The notes beneath the pieces were generated by a model that saw nothing but the letters and a program-made list of their open reading frames with translations, was not told where the DNA came from and did not search any database. A program made the translations under genes and the position numbers. Below are positions 23,321-37,600 of a stretch of DNA of 64,000 bases, in pieces. Every line of letters begins with the position of its first letter. Within the stretch, counting starts at the first letter, position 1. The DNA is from Guillardia theta CCMP2712 (lineage: Eukaryota; Protista; Cryptophyta): the NCBI RefSeq assembly GCF_000315625.1, contig NW_005434599.1:377175-441174 (forward strand), written 5' to 3'.

Positions 23321-23618
23321 CTTCACATACCCCACGGCCGCCCTAGGGAATCCGTGGGAGAATTTCTAGCTGTGAAGCCCGGTGTTGCCCCCCATCCGAT
23401 GACCGCCACTCTCAGTGCGCTGCCTGGTGCGCTGCCAGACTCTTCACGGTGCCGCCGCTGTGCCGCGGCGCACTGCAGATCGGACGGTCACCGGGCTTGG
23501 GGTCGCGACTCAGTGACCAGTCCCGGCACTGGCGGGCCCTCATCACTGATCAGGCTGAGCCGGATCGTAAGGCGGCCGTTTTACGGTGAGGAATTTACCG
23601 AGCCTTCATTTATATGCA

Positions 23619-25074
23619 TCAAGAAGTTTGTAGGGCTTGCATGATCACGCTAACAAGATGGAGCAGGGAGAGGGTGACATCAGACCCGTCGGTCAGCCTC
23701 ATGTCGGTTGTTCCCAAGGCCTTGCAGATGATCGACTTGCTCTTTGCCGAGATACCGAAAGCTTCCTTGCTCATAACCCAATCATGAATCTGCTCGATTG
23801 TCATCAGAACCTGCCGCCAACTCGACTCTAACTCTACCTGCGCGACGACTTGGTTGGCCGGGTACCCATCAGCTATGATATCGTTGACTTTGCTTTGAAT
23901 TTTCTCGAATGAGTTATACTTGCAAGAATTCACAAGGTCCAGAATGACCGAATCAGGAATTGTCTGCGCGTAGGAGAAGTCAGGGTGCCCCTAAATTTCA
24001 CTGCTGAAGAACACTTACAGCAGCGTTCTCAATGATGTCCTGTCCCTTCATCGAGTTCCCGTGCAAGATGTACGTGTTCTGCATCATGGTGATCGCCCGA
24101 CGAAGGTCTCCCCCCGAGATGTTGACCAGAGCATCCGCTGCCTTGAGAGGATTCAGAAACTTTGGAGCCTGATGGGGAGCAACTCACGTCTGAAGGAAGC
24201 TGAAACCCTTCCTTGTCGGCTATCATGTTGAGCCTCTCGAGCATCACCTCGGTGGAGACAGGCTGAAACCGAAACTTCGCACAACGTGAGGCGATGGGTG
24301 AGATGATCCTGACAGGCCGTTCAGAAGGCGGCAACAATCTACAGCCATACAAACCTGCTGACATAATTGCATATGATACAGAAGCGCGTGACACGGGTGC
24401 AGGTTTCCATGGTCCTTCGTAAGGCACTTTGTGCATCAGTCGTCATACAGTCAGCCTCGTCCAGAATAACAAGCTTGAAGGGAGGACAAGGATACGAAGA
24501 GCTGGTACATCGGTCACTTCGAATACGTAGACCGTGACGTCACCTTTTGGAGGAAGAGACGGCGAGCGACGCGAAGTGCTTTATCTTGTTTCTTACAACA
24601 TCAATCCCTCGTTCATCGGACGCATTCAGCTCCAGAACCCTCGACTTGTACAACTCTGGCCCATACAGGTCCTTGGCGAGAGCGAGGATGGTCGATGTCT
24701 TCCCTGTTCCAGGGGGTCCGTAGAAGAGCAAATGAGGGAGCTGAAGAAAAGCTCAGCACATTACACGAATAGTCGATGCATCACAAACATTCACCACCCT
24801 ATGAGAAACCATCTGGGGTACCCCGACAAGAGACATGAAAGAGGTACCAAGGAAAGAGGAGAGGTGGTGGACAAGAAAGGCAAAGAGGAGGGGAAAGAGG
24901 ATGGGGGGAACGAGGGAAGGAGGATGGAGAAGTAGGAGGGAGGAGGAGGAGGAGGAGGCAGACGGATCTCACATTGCCGCTCTCGACAGCCGACGAGAGT
25001 GTGGCGACGACATGGCGCTGGTGGGCGACCTGCGCGATAGAGGACGGGCGATGCTGCTCCACCCACGGCACCAT
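23619..25074 (-). CDS. RFC4: Replication factor C small subunit (human RFC4 / yeast Rfc2 type), multi-exon
   Basis: [55 protein letters not shown]. Confidence 0.92.
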
Positions 25075-25874
25075 GGCAGAGAGACGAGATGACTTCCTAC
25101 AGGGTAGGGGTACTTGGTATACCCCCACTTACTAGTCTAAAAATTACTCGTTCAAGGGGGTAGGGGTAGTTCAAATGTATTGCGGAGGTTGGTAAAACGA
25201 GAAAGCGCGGGAAAGCCCTTCAAGCGGCCCTCATACCGCACAGAAGGCTGGCTGGGGCCGCCGGAGCAGGGCCCGGAGCTCAGTGCGGAGCTACTGAACG
25301 CTAGTCCGTTGCCGACGAAACTCCCGGGCCGACCGCCTCAGACTCCGAGTCACGTATACCATGAATCACCCTCAAGCTCTAACGACTACTTGACCGTACG
25401 GTATGGCCTAGTCAGTCGTGGACTGGCATAGGGAATAGATTGTGCAAGTTGGACTTTTCAAGCCTGAAGCCAAGTTCATACAAATGATCAGGCTGATCAG
25501 ACATGTTATCGTTCTAGACATTGTCTCGCACAAATGAAATTCTCGTATCATCCAATAAACTCTCATGAAGCTGACAGGCACAGCAACACATATTCATGTC
25601 GAATTGAAGTAAAGCTTTCAATGTCATAAGAGCGATTATGGTCTTCCAGAGAAACTACAAATCCTTAGCATAAATGATCCTTTCGCCTCAAATCTGGGCA
25701 TGCCGGTAGAACATGAAAGGAGTAATGCATGACCTTGTTCCTCTTGCTATCCAGACGCCCGAAGCATGGTGGCAAGATGTTGAGGGAGAAGAGGTCGGGA
25801 AGGTAGGATGGTAAGGCCTTATCGCAGTTTGACAAAGAGGAGGAGAGCACGATTCTTTCGGCTACTGAGGTATT

Positions 25875-27820
25875 TTACATGAACTGACCAGGCATGGGGA
25901 ACTTCTGAGACCATTGATCGACCTGCTGCATGTAAGATATGCGTCAAACCAGTCACAAAGCTCTTGCCTCCTTTGCCAGAGTCTTGAGAGAATCAGGTGG
26001 TGATGCATCGAGCAAGGCTTTGAAGTCCTTGAGCTTGTGCTCGGGATGAGCAGACTTGAGCTGCAGAAGAAATCAGCTGATAGTTCTTCACGTATCACTA
26101 GAGTTGCTGCACCTCCATCGTGATCTTGATGGCCCTGTCAACAAAACCAACAATTTCCTCAAAGTCTTTCTCGACAAGTCCACGGCTAGTCGTCAGGATT
26201 GTCAGCAGCAAATCCTTTCCGGCATGCAGCAACTGCACCTGGTCATAGCAGGGGATCCCACACGGAGGCCATGAGGAACCAAAGCACTCTTGTCGCCAGG
26301 CACGGTGTTCTTGTTGCAGTGAATGTTGCACAATTCCAAAATCTGCACTGAGTCACATGCCAGAAAACTTATATCAACTGAGCCACGTACCCTCTCGACA
26401 CGAGCTCCATCAACCCCCTTGTCTCTGAGATCGATGAGGACCTGCATGCGCAACTCAGGACTCCCCACCCATGCACGGCTGTGAAATTGACGAACCAAAT
26501 GGTTTTCTGTTCCACCCGAAACCAAGTTATATCCACGTGCAGTCAAGGCCTTAGCCATGGCCGCAGAGTTCTTGATAACCTGCGCACCTTATGTTCAGAT
26601 TTCATGCAAATCGTCAGGCTTTATCAACCTGCTCCTGGTAGGCCTTGAACTCAGGGGTGGATGCCTGCTTCAGTGCAACGGCGAGAGCGCAGATGGTGTG
26701 GTTGTGAGGACCTCCCTAGGTGGTGGTCAGATAAAAAAGCATGATGGCAACTGAAGGTCAAGTACCTGCAGACCGGGGAAAACAGCCTGGTTGATTCGCT
26801 CTTCATAGTCATACATGATGGACTTTCCTTGCTTGTCCTACCACAATCGATTAGAAACGACAACGACTATATCTCAAGACAAACCTTCGACTTCTCTCCC
26901 TTGCGGAAGAAGATCATGGCACCTCGAGGACCTCTGAGAGACTTGTGGGTGGTAGTGGTGACGATGTCAGCGTACTGGAATGGATCAGGAACAATTCCCG
27001 CTGCCACCAATCCCGAGATGTGAGCCATGTCGGCAAGGAGGACAGCATTAACAGAGTCGGCGATTTCCCTCATTTTGGCATAGTTGTAGTGCCTAGCGTA
27101 AGCTGATGCACCTGCAATGATGATTTTGGGGCGGAAGAGAAGGGCATTTTCAGCAAGTCTGTCATAGTCGATGAGGCCAGTTTTCTCATCAAGGCGGTAG
27201 GGCATCTGTTCGAAGTAGACAGAGGTAGCGGAAATCTTCTTCGTGGGGGTGGAGAATCCGTGAGAAAGATGTCCTCCATGAGGCAAATCCAATCCCATGA
27301 TACGATCGTGCGGCTGGAGGAGAGCCGTGTAAACTGCGAAGTTCGCTGGGGATCCGGAGAGCGCCTGAACGTTGACCCCCCACCGCTCTGGATCCAACCT
27401 GAAGGCAGACAAGGCCCTGGCTCTGCAAAGGTTCTCATTCTTGTCAATAATTTCATTCCCTCCGTAGTAGCGCTGGCCAGGATATCCCTCAGAGTACTTG
27501 TTGGTCATGACACTGCCGAGCGCCTGGCTCACAGCCAGCGACGCGTAGTTTTCAGAAGGGATGAGAGCGATGCCCCGATGCTGACGATTCTGCTCAGCCT
27601 GCCCTCCATGTCAGCGAGAATCCTCCATGACAACCTGATCACGCACCTGAATCAGGTGATGGATCTCCGGGTCCAACTCCTGAAGGGGCTTGTCCCACGT
27701 GGGACGCGCGAACGAGCTCATCGCCCGGACAGAGTAGATCGGAACATGGTTGGCTGATCTGCCCTTGACTGTCTGAAACAACGCAGCTGTTGCCCTTCGC
27801 ATAGAGCTGGAACGGATCAT
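25875..27820 (-). CDS. SHMT: Serine hydroxymethyltransferase, probably mitochondrial, multi-exon
   Basis: [41 protein letters not shown]; R/S/A-rich presequence [15 protein letters not shown]; ends FPMPGQFM*. Confidence 0.95.
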
Positions 27821-28359
27821 CTTGACGAAAGGAAAGCAATCAGTCTTTCTATCGCAAAGCAAGCAGTATCATGAATCACTGGTATTCGTGTATGTCTACC
27901 CCGATTTCCCGTTATTTGCACATAACAAACTTTCATTCTATCCATGCATCTTGAAAGAAAACAGTCTGTGACCCCACCACCCCATCTCATCTTCGACTCA
28001 CCACAAAGCAAATCCCAATAGCACTGCACGAATACCACACCTTTCTCACTATCCATCGCCCTATTCTTCAATTTTTATAAGGGGAATTCGTCTTCATTCT
28101 ATCATCGTTCCATTCTTCATCCTGCCTCTGCTACCATTACCCACATTGTTTAGTTTGCTCCCAATCTGTTCTCTTTTTCTCTTGCGCATCACATGATATC
28201 GTGCCGTATCTCTTGCATGACATCCTCTCTCCATCTCCTCCTCTCCTCCTCTCCTCCTCTCCTCCTCTCCTCCTCCTCTCCTCTCCTCTCTGCTTCCTGC
28301 ATCCTTTTATGCCTCATCGCTTCCTCGCGCCCAAACAAAATCTTGCATGTCGATCCTTT

Positions 28360-29290
28360 ACTACCCACCCCTCCAATCCCCTCAGCACCCTATTACTTTA
28401 CAGACCCTGCAGCTCCCATTACCCCACCCTACCTTTTCTAAAGCATCGAGCCTACAAACTTGAGTACCCCCGCCCTACCAGCAAACCTGTATAACAAACC
28501 CACCCACCCTAGGCCTTCAGAAGGACCCCACCTCAATCCTATGACAGATGTTAAGCACCCTACCTGAAGCTGTCCAGAGAACCCCACCTCTCAACCTACC
28601 CCCTCCCACAGGACCTTGTGGTGTAAAGCGTCTTCTCCCTTTTTTTTTGGGGTACCCACCACACAAACAAGTCTAAGAGGGGGGTACAAGATGGAGGATT
28701 GAGGGTGGGGTGGAGTCACCAGTATCGTTGGTGGTCTCTCTGTCTAGAGGGCTGAGGGGGGTGGGGGTAGGGTAGTCGTGGTCGAATCAATCTGACGGTA
28801 GCCCAAAACTTTACAGCACACTCAGCAAGGGCCGGCGCCGCCCGCCGCGGGGCCGCGGCCCGCCAGGTGATCGGACTCGGACGGATTCCCCGGCCCCGCC
28901 GCCCCCTAAACCGCAGCCTGTGGCAGGTCGGACTCGGTCCGATCAGTACAGGGCCTGCTGCCAGTACAGGGCCTGCTGAGGGCCGGGCCCAGCTGAAGTT
29001 GAGACCGGAGTCCGAGCCTCGAGCCCGGCGGGGCCAGCCTGTGTCGGACACAGTGACTCAGGGCCGCAAACCGATCGACGAACGGCCCGGCGCTAGTAGG
29101 ACCTTGACGGTACCGGTCCGATCACCAGCCGCCCGGCCTAGTGATACCCCGACTTCCCGGATCGGGCGGGCCTGAGTCCGGCTGCCCAGTCCGGCCCGGG
29201 CCAAACGGCCGGGCCCGGGGCGCGGCGGCCGGCCGGGCCGGGCATGGGCCTGCCCGGCCCCTGGCCCGGCCCGGGCTCCCATGCACGGGG
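28360..29290. promoter_or_regulatory. Divergent SHMT/COQ5 promoter: TACCC block, CAAAACTT (28804-28811), extended CCGG/GGCC/GAGTC island
   Basis: Directly visible motif clusters; includes TGACTCA at ~29054 and an 18-bp tandem cagtacagggcctgctg. Confidence 0.5.
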
Positions 29291-29331
29291 GCTGGATGAG
29301 GGCTGGATACGACATAAGTAGCTGCTCAAGC

Positions 29332-30818
29332 ATGGCCACGGTCATGAGGAAGCGGCTGCTGAGCAGCTGCGTGGGATGGTCGACACGATCAGCATGTGGA
29401 GTGCGAAGAGACTTGAGAGAGTTCAGCAGCGAGAAGCAGAACGGTGAGGTGAAGGGAAGCTAGATGTAGCCAGTGAGACCTTGCGTAGGGGAGCAAACGC
29501 ACTTCGGTTTCAAGACTGTCAGGATGGAGGATAAGGCAAAGATGGTGGGAGAAGTTTTCTCGCAGGTAATTACAACGGTCGAACCCTTGTGAGAGTCATC
29601 TGGGCTGACACTCGAGCCAGGTCGCGAGCAAGTACGACCTGATGAACGACGCAATGAGCGGTGGAATGGTGCCCGAGATCAGTTGTCCAAGTCGGTTTCA
29701 CGCTGAGCCTTTCAACAGCACCGCATGTGGAAAGATGATTTTGTTGCGATGTTAGGGTGAGACGAGACTGCTTGTAAGAGTTAGAAAAGCTGAAGAGTTC
29801 GCCAGGCCATGCCGTGGAATGTCGATTGTTGATCTTGCAGGCACCACTTTGGATGACTTGTCGCATACTGAAACGCAGCAGGAGGAACGGGAGACATTTC
29901 CTTCCGTATGATCGATGCTCTTAGCTCACAACGAAAGATCGTCGGTGAGGAGTGCGTTCCTTCCCTCGCCGTGCTCACCCGTGGCTCAGGTAGCGCAGAG
30001 TCTGCTATCGACACGCATGTCACGGTCTGCGACATCAACGCCGAGATGTTGCAGGAGGGAAGGTGACTGACTGAGCTCTCATACATCAGCAGTGGCTCAA
30101 GAAGGTGTTGTGGGTGGCAGGCGGAGGGCGAAGAACGATCGGCCGGCAGTGGTTGATGGGATCTCCCTCCAGTGGGTCCAGGGAGATGCCGAGAACTTGC
30201 CATTCCCTGACGGGTGCGGGAGCGTGTTGAGGAGGAGGGAGGAAGGAGGCGTGTGAGAGGCGTGCGAACAGGTCTGTCGATGCCGTGACCATCGCGTTCG
30301 GCCTTCGAAACGTCTCCCGGACCTGGAAGGCTCTCTCAGAGATCAACCGCATCTTGACTAAGTAAGTCCTGGTCGTTGAAGGGTCTTGCTGCTGACGTGG
30401 CGGTCAGGGGCGGAAGGTTCCTCTGCATGGAGTTTTCACAGGCAGTCTCCTTGCATGTCACATGCTGATCTGATGGCCTTGAGAAGGTCAAGGACCCGCT
30501 CTTGCGTCAGGCATACGATGCTTACTCGTTCAACGTCATCCCGGCCATGGGCGGATTCCTGGCCGGTGACCCTCAGGTATGTTCGCCATCCAGAATGAGA
30601 GGAGGAGGAGATTGAGAGAGTCGCCAGCCTTATCAGTACCTCGTGGAGTCAATACGACAGTTTCATGATCAAGAGACGCTCGCAGACTTGATGAGAGACG
30701 CTGGTGAGAAAAGTTTTGCAGCTTTATCTATCGTGAACAAGTGGCAGGAATGAAACACGTTACTTACAAGAATATCTTGGGCGGGGTAGTTGCTATACAT
30801 TCGGGTTTCCGACTTTGA
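29332..30818 (+). CDS. COQ5: Ubiquinone biosynthesis C-methyltransferase (COQ5/UbiE), multi-exon
   Basis: [68 protein letters not shown]. Confidence 0.93.
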
Positions 30819-30870
30819 TAGCATCACCCATCGGTAATGGGCAATGAATGAATGGCAATGACTGAAATCC

Positions 30871-33477
30871 TTAGCTGGCAAGAGCTGACACTGGTCTGTT
30901 CCTGCTGGACCCTTCCTTCAACTCCCGCGCCTGAAGGGTTCGGGAACTGATATTTTCCTTGGTCCACGTTGATGGAAAGAAGTTCAGGCGTCTGTTGGTG
31001 CCGGTGACATCAGCGACGAGGGACGACACAGACGGCATCATCTTCTGCAGCAACACCCCTTGCTCGCGAGACCGAGGAACCTTGCCTCGTCTGGTCTCAC
31101 TGGTGACTGGCAGGCCCAGAGCATCTCGAGGAGGATGCGCTGCTCTGAGCACCTCGCTGTTCCTGCGCTGCTCCTTATGAACCAAGAACTGAAACCTCCC
31201 CGCGGAAACGCTCGGCCTTCGGTCAAGGAAGTGAGTCTTAGCTGTGTGGGAGAGGGTCCTGGTCTGCAAGATTGCTTCTGCAGAGGTTGGAGGCGAGCTG
31301 AACTTGAACCACTGTTCTCGCTGCTGTCCTCCTCTGCCACCCCACCGCTTGCCCTGCACCACGCGAGTCAGCTCGCTGTGAGACGATACAGTTCACAAAC
31401 CTGTGGGTCTTGCAGGAGCGTTGGTAATCTTTCGTTCGCGCTGCTTGCTTTCGACAGTTTCGTAACAATCTTTGGGATGTCGAAGGAAGCCCATCGCCTC
31501 TGCTTCACCTGAGCTCCAGCAGAGCTTCTCTTGGCTGCCTCGAGCGTATCCTTCGAGAGACTCCCGGGCGACATATCCGTGTCCTCCCTTGCCCTGCTTG
31601 TGCTCCCTCCCATAAGCCGCAGCTCCCCGTCTAGCTCGATGTTACGAGGAGAGCACATCGGTGATGTGGGGGAATTGGGAGAAGTCTGAACGGCATAGTC
31701 GACCTCGATATGCCTCCTCCCGCTCGCTGGTGTCGCGTGGAAAGACTCCCGAGGCAGCGATCTCTTTCCGGTCGTGCGGACAGAGAGAGAAGGGTTAGCC
31801 GCTGTCACTTGGCTTGAAGGCTTGTGACTGGTAACCTTCTTAGCTTCTGAGTTCTTTCTGAAGAGATAGTCGTCGATGGAAAGGTTGTTATCTCGTGTCA
31901 CCCACTGGAACTGAAGCACATTGTAGAATCGCTTCACTTCAAACAGCTTCATCCACTTCCTTGTTGCCTCGTCGTTCTGTGGGAAAATCCTGCGGAATCC
32001 TCCACGCCTCTCATTTTCTTCCTCCACCTCGCGGAGGATGGTAGCATCCTCTGCTGTCAGCTCATCCAGTGCTGACACTTTCCCCGCGCAAACTTGTCGT
32101 CGCCTCGCATTCTCGTCTGAAGTTCGAGAGTAGGCAGATTTCTCCATTCCTTGGAGTCTTCTTGCCTTGTCCCTTTCGAGCTTGTCGGAAAGTTTCTTCC
32201 GGTCGTACTGCTTCACACAAACCATGTTCAACACCTCCGTGACTAACTGATTCTTGATCGACTTGTCAAGAGGGGAATCGGACGCCAGAGACAGTGCGGT
32301 GTTCACCTCAATCAACCATGGGTGTAGATTCGAGTCCAGCATCACATCAAAACCGAACAACTCAAAGCAGTTATTTCGACAAGGGACTGCAAGCTGCATG
32401 TTTGTGTTGATCTGGACCTCGATCGATAGCAAAGTCTTCAAGATCAGATCGTCGATCTTCCCCATGACAGTTGAGACATCCATCTGCCTCTCTCGCATCC
32501 ACTTCCATACAGCCTTCAGCCCCCACTTGTGGCCCTCGTCGTCAACAGATGCATTCGTATTCTTGACAAAGTTTGGATTCTGCTTGTTGAGGCTGTAGTT
32601 GGTCAGATGTCTGAACCGATTCTTCCTTGTCTTGCGACTGTATTTTACTGTACAGAACCTTGCCAACCCGTTCTCATGCACGTAGACACGGAGAGGATTG
32701 AAGCTTGTGATAGCAACATAGATCCTCAGATCGAACTTGGTTTCGTTGATCAAGAACGGGTCTGAGATGTACCTAGAAACAACGCACACGGCCTTCTCCT
32801 TAATCTGAGTGTTCGGGTCCGAGATCAGTCGGATCCCGATACCCCGGCATCCCGCAGGAGGTTTGACGATGTAAGATATGTCACAGTCGTTCTTCTTCAA
32901 CTTTCCCTTCCATTCCTCGTAGTCCTGCAGGAGCTCCGTTCTTTCTCCTGGCAACACAAAAGTCTTTGGCAGGTACTGGAAACTGTCCGATCCAAACACT
33001 CGGCGGAACTTGTTGCAGACGCGGGCAAGATTATCCTTTCTTCCTAGAAGGTATGTGCCAGGGAAGTGATTCACCTTCTGATATTCACACAATTCTTTGT
33101 ACTCTGCTATCTTCAAAGGTTTCCCCCATAAGACATTGAAATTGTTGGAGCTGGTAGGTAAGAATCCTGCTCTTCTGAATGCATTCCGAACGCAGTTATA
33201 CTGTCCGCTCACCGTGAGCTTGTAGTACAGCGCCTTGTCCTTGTTCCTGCACACTTGACCTGGAGTCTTGCGGGCATCCCTATCAAGGCTGAACAACACT
33301 GAGGAACCAATAGTAGTTTCTTCTTTCCCTTCCGACAAATTCTGCTTTCCAGAGCGCTCAGTCTCGTTGCCTGCCTTTAGGGGATATTCAGAATGGTGAT
33401 GACTTTGCTTCGCAGGTATCAGCGGCGACTCATGTTCTGAAGAAGTATGCTCTTCATCTGCAATCAAATTATCGCCA

Positions 33478-33513
<36 letters not shown>

Positions 33514-33677
33514 TCATCATCATCATCATCAAGACCTTCAAGTTCGTTCTCAAAGAACCCTTCATCATAGTATGCCCCATCTATATCGGACTTAGCTGGA
33601 CCTTGCGAGTTGTCTTCAGTGGTGTAAGATCCGGTATCCGAATCAGAATCGTCGACCTCCTCGACGTTAGGAATCAT
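30871..33677 (-). CDS. Tubulin polyglutamylase, TTLL4/TTLL5 family
   Basis: KVNHFPG, YIVKPPAGCRGIGI, KFDLRIYV, HLTNYSLNK, CFELFGFDVMLD, WLIEVN; 47-nt intron joins the 30871-31362 exon; a further 5' exon is possible. Confidence 0.9.
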
Positions 33678-34187
33678 TCTCTCAAACCCGTTCTACTCCG
33701 TTACCAAGGCGACTCATGAAGGAGACCTGTTCAGGCATGCATGGCAAGCTGGGAAGTTGAACTGTTCTTAGCAGAAACGAACAGAAGCTATCTATCCGTC
33801 TGTCAAGAGCTGCCAGTCCTCCATAAAAGCCCAATCGCTCCGTTCCCTCGCCATGCCCACCCAACGGTCGACCCCACCACCCCCATCCACCTGAGAGACC
33901 AACAAAATACTACCCCTACCTCACATAACTCCTTAGAACCACCCCTACCCCCAAAACAACCTTTCAGTACCCCTGCATTTGTCATTTCCCGCCTGAGGTT
34001 CACCACCTACCCCCCTGCAAACCCTCGACGCATGAGGGTCCCCAAGAAATAGATGATTACTCAACAAATGTAAACGGTGCGCCTCAGAGCTCTGTGGTAC
34101 AAAACTTGCACCCGGGGCCCGGGGGCCGGGCGGCCTAGCAAGTTCGGAGTCACTTAGGGACCGTTACATTGTCCGTTATCATCAACC

Positions 34188-34665
34188 ATGGCAGCTTCTA
34201 CGGCGAGGGCAGGTCTGGTGGCGGCTCAGAGGTGGTGGGGGAAGAGAGTTGGGGAGCGACTGCTGTCTTCCTCTCCCTCCCCCTACAACTCTCAGAACAC
34301 TCACTCAAGCCATCCCAACAAGAGCCAGCCCCTCACTCCTCCCCCGCCATACGTTGGTGGCGGCAGCCAGGTGACACTCCTGCTTCAGACCTCGTATGCT
34401 GACCGTTGTCCAGCAGATGAGCAAGGATGTCACTAACATAGAGGATCCTTGGACAGCCGTTTCGGACCCCAAGACTGGTGGGACATACTACTGGAACAGG
34501 TTGACTAATGAAACAACGATGGTTGGCGAAGCGAAGCCTTTGGGCATGTACCGCAATGGACCTCCACAACAGTCGCAGGAGAGCTTCGGAGGCATGCTGA
34601 TCAACTCGCTTGCCATCGGTGCAGGCATCACAGTCGCCTTCTCTTTCGTTAGATTCTTTTTCTAG
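34188..34665 (+). CDS. Small WW-domain protein with C-terminal TM
   Basis: PWTAVSDPKTGGTYYWNRLTNETT (WW); LAIGAGITVAFSFVRFFF tail; R/A-rich N-terminus. Confidence 0.7.
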
Positions 34666-34672
34666 AGTAACA

Positions 34673-37600
34673 TTACACGTCTGCTTTCGGCGTCTGGTCG
34701 AGCCTCAGAACAAGGTCTGCCCTGACATCATGCTTGACAGCTCCAGCTACTAGCTTGTCTCTGCCCGAGACTCCTCTCCTGTTGTCGCCGTCCTGCACTT
34801 CTTTCCTTGCTCGTGCTCTCCGGGATTCATGGTCTGAACGACCGCCATGATGTCGTGCTCCCTGCTGCCTATTGGTTTCCTCATTCTTCATTTCAGCCTG
34901 CTCGCGCCGCTTTGCTGTGATGTTCGAGCGCTGTCTTCTCTCCTCATTGATCTCCTTGCCATGTCTTCTCTCCTTCTTTGGCTCTCTGTCCTGACGTCTT
35001 GCAAACTTGGTGTTGTCCTCAGAGGCATGGGAAGAAGCGCTCATCCTAGTGCTGGAGATGCTGGACAGCTTGTCCACGTCCCTCCGTCTTGCAGCAGTTC
35101 GAGACGTGACATCTCCTGCTTCACTTCGTTCCAATTGATGTGACGCTGTCTTATCGCTCCTCTCCTCCCCTTCCTCTTTGGAACGCGCCCTCCTCCCCTC
35201 CTGAGAGGTCGAAGTTCGAGAGGTGCGGAGCCTGCCATGCTTCGAGACGGGAGTTTCAGATCGGACGTCTGAAGTGACGTCTTGAGGAGCCGGCGGTTTC
35301 AACCCGTTCCCTTTCAGTCTTTCCCTTGACTTGGAGCTGTCGTCTCCTCCCCGGATGAGCGACTTCTTCTCCTTCCCCCTTCTCTCCTGCTCGCCTCCCC
35401 CTCCTGCCGTGTGCTCTTGCTCGTTGCTGGTGCCATCCTTGACATGGTTGCCCGTCGTCTCCGGCGGATCCACCAAGGACTTGAGGTCTGTGGTGCTGTC
35501 GTACATCCTGCTACAATCGTGACTACAACCATGGGGCTCGGAGCCTCCAGCAAGGTTCACCGTGTAAGGGAGCTCGCACGTCGTGACCCTCTCCGTGACA
35601 GCGACCTGACAAGTCGCAGGTCACTCGCAGTGTTGGGTGGGCAAAGGACTCACTTGAGCATTGACTTCCTGCGCTCAGCCTCGGCCAGGAAGCTCGTCTT
35701 GCGTCGGACCTTGACGCACCAAACTTTCCTGGGACGAGGTCATCCATTTTAACGCATATCAGTCATTGGCTACCAGATGTTGGCAAACTGAAGGTAGGTA
35801 AGATTGGCTGTGCCAGGCACGATGGCGATGTTTTTGGTCAGGCCGTAGCCAATCTGAGACATGATGACAGAGACAACGAGGTTGATGACGACGAAGTTTG
35901 CGATGGCGATGAAGAGAGGGATGAAAGCGTAGGCCTGACCAGAGCCGTCAGCTATGAGCGATGGGTCCTGATACTTGAAGGGCCAACTTACCGTCATAGA
36001 TCCGCAGGTAGAGTCGCAGTCTGTCGACCGTGAGCATGAGATCAAGGAGCCGTCGGCGATCTGCGCGGGGGGGACTTAGAAAGAGGCTGCACCACCTGCT
36101 GATCAAACCATCTGCAGCTCTGTCCCGGTCACGCAGCCTTGAAACAGATGTCGGAGCTTAACAAGATAGACCTGATCTCTACCTCAGCTGCACATCTCCT
36201 CATTGCATCCCTGACCTCTTGCTCAAGCGTGTCCTTGGCCGTCCTGCACTGAGCAAGAAGCTCCTTGGCCGCTTCAAGGTAGCCTCCATCGTAGAATCAG
36301 CAGGCGCGAAGGAGATGATCTACCCGCGGTACCTTCCTTGCGAGGGTAGAGCGCAGAGGAGGTCCCGTACATCTTGAGCAGAGGAGACCTGTGCAGATTT
36401 CAATTCTCTCCTCAGGCTGGGACAGCCTACCAGGAATCTCCGCTCGCCATGCGGAAGAGGGTCAGGAACGCAACCCCGAGGTTCCGGAAGGAAGCAGTGT
36501 ACGGGAGGAGGAGCTGGGGTTGGAGCATTCTACATCTGAAGTCCAGAGGATCAGGGGCAAGGGAAGGAGAGCTTGACGCACCTGAACTGATGGATCTCGT
36601 CTCCTTGGACGCACATGTTCCCCATGAAGGAGATACAAATCACCCCGATGCAGAAGAAGAGGAGGAGGAGGAGTGCGCCGAGGTGCATGATCGTGACCCT
36701 CGACTTGACAATCCCTTTCAGCACTTGTCGAAGACTCTTGGGGATCGAAACTCGCTGGGGGAATGAGATCAGCTGCCGCCCTCCCTCAGACCACGTCTCA
36801 TGTACCTTGGATGCTCGGATCAGGCGGATAATGCGGAGAAGTCGGAAAATGCGAGCGAGGTTGGCGTTAAGGATGATGGATTGTGTACCCAGCGACTCGA
36901 TTCCTGTGTTGATGAAGAAGACGATGACGATGCCCCACTCGAGGAGAGACCATCTGTCAGGGCATCTCAGCGACAGGCGGGCCAACCACTCAGTCACTTG
37001 TCGAGGGTGAAGCGAGAGAGGTGGGTGGCGTAGAGCTCCATCGCCGTCATCACTGCGAAGACTTGACCGCAGAAGGAGTTGAGGCCCGTGGCGAGGTCCT
37101 GCCGGAGGTCAACGAGAGAGACCAGGAGATGGAACAAACCTGTTGGCTCGTCGACATCTTGTAACTCGTTGCGGAGAGAGCAACGATCTGCGCGATCACC
37201 ACTAGAGTTGTGAAAGCTTCCATTACGGGATGATTGAGAATCTGGTTGACGATCTGCCGACGGATGGAGGAAGTGCCGAAGATGACAGGGAGAGCTATCC
37301 TCTTGATCTTCTTGCGCGAGAAGTCTGAATCATGTCACTCGGCTCCGGCGCTGCAAGAGCGACTGACCTTGGGTCTCTATCATAGCGAGACGCTCCTTCA
37401 TCTGAGTTTCTCTGAGGGCGATCGAGTAGGATTTGACAAAGATGGCCGTGAACAAGCGCATGATGAAGAAGCCGACCTGCGCCGAACAAACAGGAAGTGA
37501 GTGAAGTGCGGGAGGACAGAAGTGAAAGAGAGTCTTGTGATCGGCTGTGAAGGGAATGGAGTCAACTCTGCGCATACATTACCATGATGATTGTCACGAC

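Noticed and set aside
28716-29345. Pro/Arg/Gly-rich ORFs in the GC island
   Set aside because: Stop-poor GC-rich promoter DNA; no family motifs
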